Shown here: piece after piece, positions 18,022 through 26,463 of the stretch
Layout: each line of letters starts with the position of its first letter
Numbering within the stretch: the first letter of the stretch is position 1
From: Promethearchaeota archaeon
GTDB lineage: Archaea; Asgardarchaeota; Lokiarchaeia; Sigyniarchaeales; SOKP01
DNA: 28,260 bases
Assembly (NCBI GenBank): GCA_016926735.1
Contig: JAFGOA010000127.1
Span: 1-28,260 of the forward strand
Reading direction: 5' to 3'
Notes under the pieces: generated by a model
The model's input: the letters and a program-made list of their open reading frames with translations, nothing else
Databases searched by the model: none
What the model was told of the DNA's origin: nothing
Position numbers and translations under genes: made by a program

Positions 18022-18471
18022 ATGAAATTACCCCCCGCAGAAGAGATAACTCTAATTAACATAAAGGACTCATTGCTTTTAGCTAAATATTTAAAGAAGG
18101 CATGGAATGAAGATTGCTTTATTGTTTTTGAAGTAATTAATCAAGGATCAAATTATTATACTCAATTTGCTTTAAGTAATGAAAGTTCATCATTAGAATG
18201 GGAATTTGTTTCTAATGAATATCTTGACCCCCAATTTAGGTTATCCGATGAAAAAATTCAATTATTAATTAATAGAGGTTTTATATATCAAGATCCAGAA
18301 TTATATAAATATCCCTCTCCGAATTTTGTTAAAAGTTTTGTTTTTAAGGAGATAGATGATAATAATACAACTTTAGAATTTCAAAAGATTATGAAAGAAG
18401 CTATTGAGATATTTATAGAGATATATGAATTAAAATATCCAATACAAATTAAGATAAAATTTGTAAAATAA
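18022..18471 (+). CDS. Hypothetical protein resembling T3SS-chaperone/YbjN-like (TY-Chap) domains
   Basis: YYTQFA...EFVSNEYL...LSDEKIQLLINRGF...SPNF pattern; recognised from memory only. Confidence 0.55.
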   Translation: MKLPPAEEITLINIKDSLLLAKYLKKAWNEDCFIVFEVINQGSNYYTQFALSNESSSLEWEFVSNEYLDPQFRLSDEKIQLLINRGFIYQDPELYKYPSPNFVKSFVFKEIDDNNTTLEFQKIMKEAIEIFIEIYELKYPIQIKIKFVK

Positions 18472-18489
18472 AAATAATTACTATATCTT

Positions 18490-19203
18490 ATGACAAATTT
18501 AAAAGAATCTTGTATTGTAGTTTTTAGTGGAGGTCAAGATTCAACTACATGTTTATTATGGGCTTTAAAAAAATTTAAAGAGATCTATGTTATAACATTT
18601 AATTATAGGCAAAGACATCAAGTTGAGATCGAATCCGCTAAAAAAATTATTTCAATTCTAAAATCAAAAGAAAATCATTCAATAGAATGGCTAACAGATA
18701 ATTCTATTAAAGAACATAAAATAATAGATATTTCTTTTCTTTCAGAAATTTCAAAATCAGCTATGATTCAAGAAACGGAAATTATATATAATGAGGAAAC
18801 TAATTTACCTTCTACATTTGTACCAGGAAGAAATATATTATTTCTAACTATTGTTGCTGCATATGCATATCAAAAGAAAATTCATTATCTTGTTACTGGA
18901 GTTTGTCAAGAAGACTATTCTGGATATCCCGATTGTAGAGATACAACAATAAAATCGATCCAAGCCTCTCTTCAGTTGGGTATGGAATTTGATTTTATTA
19001 TCCATACACCTCTTATGTGGAAATCAAAAGCTAGAACAATAAAATTGATGGAAAAATTAGGAGGATTAGAGTTATATAAATATACCCATACCTGTTATAA
19101 AGGGGAAAGACCTGCTTGTGGAGAATGCTTTGCATGTGAACTTCGGTTAAAAGGTTTTAAAGAAGCAGGGATAAAGGATCCATTAGAATATAAATCTTTA
19201 TAA
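18490..19203 (+). CDS. queC: 7-cyano-7-deazaguanine (preQ0) synthase
   Basis: VFSGGQDSTTCL, YRQRH, TFVPGRN, DYSGYPDCR, TPLM, TCY...CGECFACELR. Confidence 0.96.
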   Translation: MTNLKESCIVVFSGGQDSTTCLLWALKKFKEIYVITFNYRQRHQVEIESAKKIISILKSKENHSIEWLTDNSIKEHKIIDISFLSEISKSAMIQETEIIYNEETNLPSTFVPGRNILFLTIVAAYAYQKKIHYLVTGVCQEDYSGYPDCRDTTIKSIQASLQLGMEFDFIIHTPLMWKSKARTIKLMEKLGGLELYKYTHTCYKGERPACGECFACELRLKGFKEAGIKDPLEYKSL

Positions 19204-19215
19204 TAGATCTTTCAG

Positions 19216-19671
19216 TTATTCTTCATAGGATGCTATTGATCCTTTTGATTCTCCTACTTTTACTATAATTTTCTTGGTTTTGTATATAATTTTTAATTTA
19301 TCATAGATAAATTTAGCTAGAATTTCGCTAGTAGTAGCAGGTAAAGGAAGTAAACATACGTCTTGTTTGGGAAAAATGTATTTTTTTAATGAATTGATCA
19401 CTTCAATTGAATCACTTTTTTCTATTACCTCTATTTTCTTTGATTCTGTTGGAATTAAAATATAATGATCTAAAGGTTCAATAATTTCTTTTAATTTTTC
19501 TTTAAGTTCCATAAAATCAACTACAAAATAATTCTCATCTAAATTATCACTTATTTCCACAGAAACATAATAATTATGACCATGAAGTCTTGAACATTTA
19601 GGATGTTCTTTGAGGAAATGACATGCACTAAATTTAGCTTTCGCATCATTAACAATTATTTTATATCCCAT
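19216..19671 (-). CDS. queD: 6-carboxytetrahydropterin synthase
   Basis: FSACHFL, CSRLHGHNY, VDF, LDH, TTSE.LA, VGES. Confidence 0.92.
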   Translation of the reverse strand: MGYKIIVNDAKAKFSACHFLKEHPKCSRLHGHNYYVSVEISDNLDENYFVVDFMELKEKLKEIIEPLDHYILIPTESKKIEVIEKSDSIEVINSLKKYIFPKQDVCLLPLPATTSEILAKFIYDKLKIIYKTKKIIVKVGESKGSIASYEE

Positions 19672-19816
19672 ATAATATCACGTTTTATAGATTGTTTTAT
19701 ATTATGGATTTATTCTTTTATAATCAAATATATTAATGTATACTTAAACATAAATTTGGTTTTTCTGAAATATATAAAAATAAATTGTAAATCAATAATT
19801 TCTCATAAAAAATAGC

Positions 19817-20680
19817 TTATAGTAAATTCAGATATTTATGTGCTTGAATAGATAGGGATATGTTATTAGGAGATAGATATTCTGCTACTCTATAAAATAT
19901 TTGATTTAAATGATCTGTATTAATGGTATATTTTATTTTTAGATTTTCATCTACTAAAAATACTGGCTGAATCGCCAAACCAATATCATTTTTACCATTA
20001 TATTCAATATTTGCTAATCTTTTACTAATCAAATCTATATCTTCAATTTTCGTTTTTGATGTTACAATTAACTTTGCAAATGTTCTAATATTATAATCTG
20101 TAAATTTCTCAATAAATTTTAATTCTTTATCAATTATTTTATGCCACTCAATATTATTAGCAATATTTGAACTTCTATCCTTTATATCGCAACAACAGTA
20201 CTTGAAGTATTTAGCTATTAATTGCATTTGAGTGTTAGTAGGAATAATTGTCCCATTTGTTTCCAAATAAAGAGGATATTCAATCCTGTATTGATCAAAT
20301 GATTCTAAAAAAGATTCAATAAAATCGAGTTGACATAGAGGTTCTCCTCCTGTGAAACTAATTGAATGAACATCCTTAGTATATAAACTTTTTATAATAT
20401 CTGCAAGATCATGAGATTCTATAGGATTATTACGCTTTTTAAACTTTCCAGAACCAGGCTTTTCTTCGATTCTTACAATAGGATTTTTAAATATTTGCGC
20501 AGATGGAGAATCGCACCAAAAACAAGAAGAAACATTTTCAATTTTGTTGGAAAGATTACATCCAGAAAATCTTACAAAAATTTGTCGTTTTCCAAAACAA
20601 CTACCGTTTAAGGAACCACCTTCTCCTTGTAAAGAAGAAAATATTTCCATAATATAAGTTTTTGACTTCTCACTATTCAT
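19817..20680 (-). CDS. queE: 7-carboxy-7-deazaguanine synthase (radical SAM)
   Basis: EIFSSLQGEG, FVRFSGCNL...CFWCDS, SFTGGEP, LETNGT, QP, QAHKYL. Confidence 0.92.
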   Translation of the reverse strand: MNSEKSKTYIMEIFSSLQGEGGSLNGSCFGKRQIFVRFSGCNLSNKIENVSSCFWCDSPSAQIFKNPIVRIEEKPGSGKFKKRNNPIESHDLADIIKSLYTKDVHSISFTGGEPLCQLDFIESFLESFDQYRIEYPLYLETNGTIIPTNTQMQLIAKYFKYCCCDIKDRSSNIANNIEWHKIIDKELKFIEKFTDYNIRTFAKLIVTSKTKIEDIDLISKRLANIEYNGKNDIGLAIQPVFLVDENLKIKYTINTDHLNQIFYRVAEYLSPNNISLSIQAHKYLNLL

Positions 20681-20906
20681 TTTAGAATCCTTTTTCTTGA
20701 CAAAATTATATTAAGAAATTCTTAGATTAGTATAGATAATAATAATTATAACTAGTAAAGTAAAGAATTATAAATGATCTATATTTATTAATAACTTGAC
20801 TTTTATTTAAAATAGGAAAGGGAATATAAGTATTTTTGGATATAGTTTAGAAAACAATTTGAATTCTTATGTTTATTTAGTTAACGATTGAATTTGGTAT
20901 AATGGT

Positions 20907-21461
20907 GTGAAAGATTTGAATAACTCTGTGGATTTAACCTATAAACTATCTATTTTTGGTGTAAAAGGTGTAGGGAAGACAACTTTAATTCATAGATACA
21001 TTACAAATATATTTGATGTGAATGTTAAGTCTACATTAGGAGCGGCTATTCATGTTAAATATTTGAAAATAGATAATAAAACGGTATTAATTCAGATATG
21101 GGATTTTGGTGGTGAAGAAAAGTATAGATTTCTATTACCCTCATATGCATATGGCACATTTGGTGCAATCTTTATGTATGATACTACTAATAAAGAAACT
21201 TTAAATAATTTTAAAGAATGGATCTCTATATTTAAAAGTGGTTTAAGAGAAGATAAATTAGAAATTCCAATATTATTGGTAGGTGGAAAAACAGACCTTT
21301 TAAATCAAAGGAGTTGTTTTAAAGAAGATCTTGAGAAAATTATTCAATCGAATTTATTTTTCAATATCATGGAATGCTCTTCTAAAACGGGAGAAAATGT
21401 GGATAAAGTGTTTAGAATTTTATTAGAAGAAATAATGAAAAGGATTTCTTTAATAGAATAA
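20907..21461 (+). CDS. Rab-like small GTPase 1
   Basis: G1 GVKGVGKTT, G2 STLG, G3 IWDFGGEEKYR, G4 VGGKTD, G5 ECSSK; no C-terminal prenylation Cys. Confidence 0.93.
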   Translation: MKDLNNSVDLTYKLSIFGVKGVGKTTLIHRYITNIFDVNVKSTLGAAIHVKYLKIDNKTVLIQIWDFGGEEKYRFLLPSYAYGTFGAIFMYDTTNKETLNNFKEWISIFKSGLREDKLEIPILLVGGKTDLLNQRSCFKEDLEKIIQSNLFFNIMECSSKTGENVDKVFRILLEEIMKRISLIE

Positions 21462-21628
21462 ATTATTTTCTTCTAAATTATATTCTAATTATATCAATTG
21501 TGAAGGATTAATATTTGGTTAAATAAGGATCATGAAAAAACAATAATCATAATTTTAGTGATATATAAAATAGATAAGCAGGTTTTTTGAAAATATTTTT
21601 AAATTCTTAAATTTTAAGAGGTGTAACA

Positions 21629-22174
21629 ATTATCAAAACGGAAATAGACTATACATATAAAATAGCCATTTTTGGAGAGAGAGGTGTGGGAAAAACTTCT
21701 TTAATTACGAGATTTATTACTAATACATTTAATATAGATACAAAACCAACAATGGGTGCTGCAATTCATGTAAAATATATAGAAAGGGATAGTAAAACGA
21801 TATTACTCCAAATTTGGGATTTTGGAGGTGAAGACAAATACAGATTCTTATTACCCTCATATGCATATGGTACCTTTGGTGCAATCTTTATGTATGATAT
21901 TACTAAAATCGAAACATTAGCTAATTTTAGAGAATGGATTTCTGTTTTTAAAAGTGGTTTAAAAACAGATAATAATGAAATTCCTATACTATTAGTTGGA
22001 GGAAAATTAGATCTTGAAAGTAATAGAAATTGTTCAGAAAATGATATTAATAGTCTATTGAATACTGGATTATTCTTTGATAAAATAGAATGTTCATCTA
22101 TGACAAATAAAAATATAAATAAAGTATTTGTATTAATGTTAGATAAAGTAATAAAACTCCAAGAAAGAATATAA
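21629..22174 (+). CDS. Rab-like small GTPase 2 (ORF track starts inside the P-loop; real start probably ATT 21629)
   Basis: In-frame upstream sequence IIKTEIDYTYKIAIFGERGVGKTS supplies beta1 and G1. G3 WDFGGEDKYR, G4 GGKLD, G5 ECSSM. Confidence 0.9.
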   Translation: MIKTEIDYTYKIAIFGERGVGKTSLITRFITNTFNIDTKPTMGAAIHVKYIERDSKTILLQIWDFGGEDKYRFLLPSYAYGTFGAIFMYDITKIETLANFREWISVFKSGLKTDNNEIPILLVGGKLDLESNRNCSENDINSLLNTGLFFDKIECSSMTNKNINKVFVLMLDKVIKLQERI

Positions 22175-22263
22175 AATTAAAGTAGAATTTTATATAGTAA
22201 TATAAAGAATTAAAAACGAAAATAACATTATTTAATACTATTAATATTTTAAATGAAATTATA

Positions 22264-24612
22264 ATGAAGCAAATAAGTGATAAATATAAAATCATCTTTT
22301 TAAATAAACGATTTTATATCATTCTTATATTATTATTATTCATTTTTAGTTCCTTTTTATATTTTTTAAAATCATATGATTTCTCTGATTCTAAAATAAT
22401 AGAAACCCCTAATAAAAAATTTAATATAAGTCAATATTCAAATGAATCTATAACAATACCAAAACATTTTGAATTTCTTGAAAGCACAGATATTAACGAC
22501 ACTATTGAATGTTTTGATGATATTAATATCCCAATTATAGAAGGAGCTTGGAATCTTACAAAAATAGAATTAAATTTCACAGATATAAAAATGGAACGTG
22601 AAATAAAAAACGTTGAAGATAATATAGAGGGTGAGAATTCTGATTATCTCTATTTTAAAAATGGAGTTTTTTTTACAAGAGGACTTTCAGTTCAGATGGA
22701 AATTCTTAGACCTACCAGAATTTATGGCATTTATATTTTTGGTCAGCATATAGGACCAGAAGAAGATATTACTTTTGAAATAAGAGGGTATAATAATCTT
22801 AATAACAATCCAAATATAACCGTGTATGGAAATATAGAATTAAACATATCCTCAGCAGAGCAATGGTATTATCAAAATTTCACTTCTGAAAATATAATAC
22901 TTCAAAAGGGAAATTATTCATTAGTTATGAATGGAGAAAGTATGAATACAATCAACAACGCTTTTTATTTTTGGAAAAGAAATAATACGATTCCGACAAC
23001 ATACAATTTACATACTTCAATATTTGATCCTTCAGGTTGGACAGATGGAGTCATAAATACAACATTTTTATATAAAATAGATCAAAAAATATTAAATTAC
23101 ACATATTACCCAAAAGATATTAATATGACTGTAGAATTTAATCAAAACGGGACTGAACATGGAGTTAACAACGCAGTTGGTACAGGAAAAGGATATTTAC
23201 AATTAAAAAATTTAAACTTGCCAAATATTACGAGTTTTTTTCAAATTCAATATAAAATAAATCAGTCTATAAAGTTAAGCTTTAATCTCAGTTATAGACT
23301 AATGTTATGCAGAAAATTAGACAGTCAGGGTGAATTAATTTTAAAAGAAGGACTAATAAATACTTGGAAGATATTTCCTGTTTTTACAAGAATCGGAAAT
23401 AATTACACGATTAGAATGGATTTTTCTTCAAGTTGGAATAATATTACTGTTTTTAAGGATAATATCATTTTATTAGATCATTATCAGATATTAGGAAATA
23501 TTCTTTACATCTTCAATGAAACGATTACTGAAAACGATTGGATGATTACAGCTAATTCATTAAATAGAGATTTAAACATTTATATTCCTAAAACAGATTT
23601 CTTTGGTGGTGAGAGATTGCAATTTTCTGTAAGTCCCCCAGTAATTAATGGAAATCTCACATTTTTATTAATAGATTCTCTGGGATTTGAAGCATATTAC
23701 GAGGAAGTCACAGTTTTAACGAGTGAAACTACATTTATTTTTGATTTTCTTCCAAAACCATATGAAGGAGAATGGATAATATTGATTTATTGGCAAACTA
23801 ACAGTGAGGCAGGAATTCAATCATATTTGATACAAGTTAAAATTCCATTTGATCCTATGATAATTGTTTGGAGTTTATCCGTTGTTTTAATAGGTTTTGT
23901 TACCGTGACCAGTTCCATTATCTCGGTTAAAAAATATACAAAGATAAAGAAATATAAAAAACAGAAGAAAACCAATCAATTTCTTGATATTTTAAAATTG
24001 AATTATTTAATGATATCAGAGAGAAAAAGTGGACTAAACTTATACGAAAGATCTTATATAGGCAAAAATATTGATCCAACACTAATATCTGGTTATTTAA
24101 ATGCATTTAAAATATTTGGAGTTGAATTAGCAGGGAGTTATGAAAAATCACAAATAGCTAAATTAGAATATCAAAAAATCAAGATCATTATGGCTGATTA
24201 TAAAGATTTAAGATTAACCCTAATTTTTAATGGAGAACCTTCTAATGATTTTTATGAATTAATTGACTCATTATCATATGATCTTGAAGATATATTTAAA
24301 GAACAAATTAAATCATTCATGGGAGATCGAAGGAAATTTTCTGGTATTGAAGATATAATTGATAAGCATCTTAATATCTCTTTTATATTCCCTCTTAAGA
24401 TTTATGAGATTAAAGACTATAATTATAATAGATCGCAAATTGAAATCATAGATAAAATAAAGAATATAAAAAAAAAAAATAATATAGATTTTGTTTTTTC
24501 ATCATTTCTGATGGATAATCAAAATTTCGATTTAGAAAAAGCTGAAATTATAATGAATTTAATAAAAAATGGAACAATAAAACCAATAATTAATAATACT
24601 AAAATGAAATAG
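22264..24612 (+). CDS. Large membrane protein: N-terminal TM/signal, sequon-rich extracellular beta domain, TM helix, cytosolic longin-like domain
   Basis: Hydrophobic FYIILILLLFIFSSFLYFL; about 20 N-x-S/T sequons; TM MIIVWSLSVVLIGFVTVTSSIISV followed by a basic stretch; then LNYLMISERKSGLNLYERSY...IDPTLISGYLNAFKIFGVEL. Confidence 0.75.
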   Translation: MKQISDKYKIIFLNKRFYIILILLLFIFSSFLYFLKSYDFSDSKIIETPNKKFNISQYSNESITIPKHFEFLESTDINDTIECFDDINIPIIEGAWNLTKIELNFTDIKMEREIKNVEDNIEGENSDYLYFKNGVFFTRGLSVQMEILRPTRIYGIYIFGQHIGPEEDITFEIRGYNNLNNNPNITVYGNIELNISSAEQWYYQNFTSENIILQKGNYSLVMNGESMNTINNAFYFWKRNNTIPTTYNLHTSIFDPSGWTDGVINTTFLYKIDQKILNYTYYPKDINMTVEFNQNGTEHGVNNAVGTGKGYLQLKNLNLPNITSFFQIQYKINQSIKLSFNLSYRLMLCRKLDSQGELILKEGLINTWKIFPVFTRIGNNYTIRMDFSSSWNNITVFKDNIILLDHYQILGNILYIFNETITENDWMITANSLNRDLNIYIPKTDFFGGERLQFSVSPPVINGNLTFLLIDSLGFEAYYEEVTVLTSETTFIFDFLPKPYEGEWIILIYWQTNSEAGIQSYLIQVKIPFDPMIIVWSLSVVLIGFVTVTSSIISVKKYTKIKKYKKQKKTNQFLDILKLNYLMISERKSGLNLYERSYIGKNIDPTLISGYLNAFKIFGVELAGSYEKSQIAKLEYQKIKIIMADYKDLRLTLIFNGEPSNDFYELIDSLSYDLEDIFKEQIKSFMGDRRKFSGIEDIIDKHLNISFIFPLKIYEIKDYNYNRSQIEIIDKIKNIKKKNNIDFVFSSFLMDNQNFDLEKAEIIMNLIKNGTIKPIINNTKMK

Positions 24613-24616
24613 AAAA

Positions 24617-25012
24617 ATGGAAGAAATTCACTGGATATATTTAGTTGATTACACTGGAACACCAGTCGAAATTTATTTAAAGAATAAAAAGGAGATATTA
24701 AGACCAAATCAAGCTGTTATTTCAAATTTTTTATTCGGTATTAAAGAGATAAATAAAGATTTGGAAGAAAATAAAGTTAATAAAACAGAGATCAATGATT
24801 ATTATTTTTTTTTTATTGAAGAAAAACAAAAAGAGTTCTTTATTGTTATGAAATCTGAAAAATCACTATTTATTGAAAAATTTTTAACCCTTATTCTTAG
24901 AATAAAAGATAGATTTATGGAGATATTCCAAATGAATCAAGTTTTAGCTCAAGAAAGAAAAGTTGAACTGTTAAAAGAGTTTAGAAAAGAAGTTAAGGAA
25001 TACACCTTATAG
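24617..25012 (+). CDS. Stand-alone longin/roadblock-like protein
   Basis: IHWIYLVDYTGTPV...VISNFLFGIKEINKDL...YFFFIE...FFIVMKS...LILRIKDRF fits the longin beta-beta-alpha-beta-beta-beta-alpha-alpha pattern; 4 nt after the previous gene. Confidence 0.65.
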   Translation: MEEIHWIYLVDYTGTPVEIYLKNKKEILRPNQAVISNFLFGIKEINKDLEENKVNKTEINDYYFFFIEEKQKEFFIVMKSEKSLFIEKFLTLILRIKDRFMEIFQMNQVLAQERKVELLKEFRKEVKEYTL

Positions 25013-25073
25013 AACATTGTTGATTTATTAAAAGTTAAAAAAATTATTATTAATATATAGAAATATATAGAAC

Positions 25074-25649
25074 CTATTTTTCTTCTCTTAATTTAAATTC
25101 TAAATGAATAATTCCCGGAGTAATTTCCTCAATACTAGTTATAAAATCAAGATTAAAATGTGCATTTAGTAGATATTTATAAAAATGAGTAAAAAAATCA
25201 GAAAATTTTTCTTGTAAATCATGTATTCCTCTAAAAATTAATTTAGAATCAATAACTTCAATATCTAAAATATTAAACCATCTAAGACCTCTTTTTCCAA
25301 AAAAATTTATAGAGAATTGTGCATATTGTCTTAAAGTATCAGAATTCATTGGTTTTGCGACTAAAAATCTTAAAATATCTGCTGTAAGATTACCTAAATT
25401 AATTGCTAATTTATTCATATTTTCATAGTCTAAATATGAAATAAGATGAATAAAAAACGTTTTTGAAATAGTAATTATATTATTATTTTGGTTATATAAT
25501 TGTAATTCTACCCATTCTTGTAAGCCCTCTTTAGCTAGTAATCCACGACTTTTTCTCTCTTGTTTAGCAATTATATCTAGTTTTTTAAGAACATTTTCAG
25601 GAAGACGAAAACCAATATAATTGTCATCTTTAGGTTTTTTTAGACTCAT
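25074..25649 (-). CDS. Ribbon-helix-helix (CopG-like) N-terminal domain protein, paralogue A
   Basis: YIGFRLPENVLKKLDIIAKQERKSRGLLAKEGLQEW followed by an uncharacterised alpha/beta domain (FRGIHDL). Confidence 0.75.
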   Translation of the reverse strand: MSLKKPKDDNYIGFRLPENVLKKLDIIAKQERKSRGLLAKEGLQEWVELQLYNQNNNIITISKTFFIHLISYLDYENMNKLAINLGNLTADILRFLVAKPMNSDTLRQYAQFSINFFGKRGLRWFNILDIEVIDSKLIFRGIHDLQEKFSDFFTHFYKYLLNAHFNLDFITSIEEITPGIIHLEFKLREEK

Positions 25650-25752
25650 TTTTTTTCAATGGAAAATTTATTCTTTTCTTCATTAAATAATAAGTATTCT
25701 TATTTCTTATAAAAATAGTCTTTTTTTTGTATTTAGAATAAAGATATCCTAT

Positions 25753-26445
25753 TCATACATTATTAGAATCATTTTGGTTCTTTATATCTAAATCTAAATG
25801 AATAAAATTTGAAGTCATTTCTTCTAATTTAGGGTTATAATTTAGATTAAAAAATTTAGAAAGTAGATATTTATAGAAAAATATAAAAAAAAAAGAAAAA
25901 CTATCTTCTAAATCATGAATTCCTCTGAAAAGTAATATATTATTTTTAATTTCAATATTTAAAGAATTAAACCACCTTAATCCCGTTTTTCCAAAAAGAT
26001 TTATTATATAATGAATATATTCTGGGAATGTATTCTCATTCATAGGTTTTGCGACTAAAAACCTTAAAATATCTACCATATTATTACAGACGTCAATGGC
26101 AATTTCCTCAATATTGTTATTATCAATCATAGAAAGCAGAGTTCTAAAAAATGTTTTTGAAATAGATAATAAATTATTATTTTGATTATATAACTGTAAA
26201 TCAATCCATTCTTTTATACCATCTTTAGCGATTAATCCACGACTTTTATTTTCTTGCTTGACAATTATATCTAATTTTTTGAGGAATTCTTCTGCAAGTC
26301 TAAATCCTATATAATTTTCCTTGTCAGATTTTTTTTCATTCATTTTTCTCATCAAGATAATTATATGTTTTCTCATCCTATAAATGTTACCGTAACTTTT
26401 GACTGTTGTCTTTGAAAACATATATATATTATGATGTTTTTTCAT
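25753..26445 (-). CDS. Ribbon-helix-helix N-terminal domain protein, paralogue B (real start probably near 26343-26352)
   Basis: NYIGFRL..KKLDII..KSRGL; DILRFLVAKPMN, GLRWFN and FRGIHDL are shared with 25074..25649. Confidence 0.75.
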   Translation of the reverse strand: MKKHHNIYMFSKTTVKSYGNIYRMRKHIIILMRKMNEKKSDKENYIGFRLAEEFLKKLDIIVKQENKSRGLIAKDGIKEWIDLQLYNQNNNLLSISKTFFRTLLSMIDNNNIEEIAIDVCNNMVDILRFLVAKPMNENTFPEYIHYIINLFGKTGLRWFNSLNIEIKNNILLFRGIHDLEDSFSFFFIFFYKYLLSKFFNLNYNPKLEEMTSNFIHLDLDIKNQNDSNNV

Positions 26446-26463
26446 TATATGGTAATTTAAAAA

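Noticed and set aside
18490-19203. QueC as a QatC/CBASS-type defence component
   Set aside because: It has canonical length and motifs with queD and queE adjacent; no qatA/B/D or cyclase is nearby.
11773-24707. Short overlapping ORFs (11773..12003, 13592..13786, 15693..15893, 16363..16608, 19603..19815, 20411..20611, 22098..22295, 24519..24707)
   Set aside because: They are antisense shadows or low-complexity AT-rich frames with no motif support.
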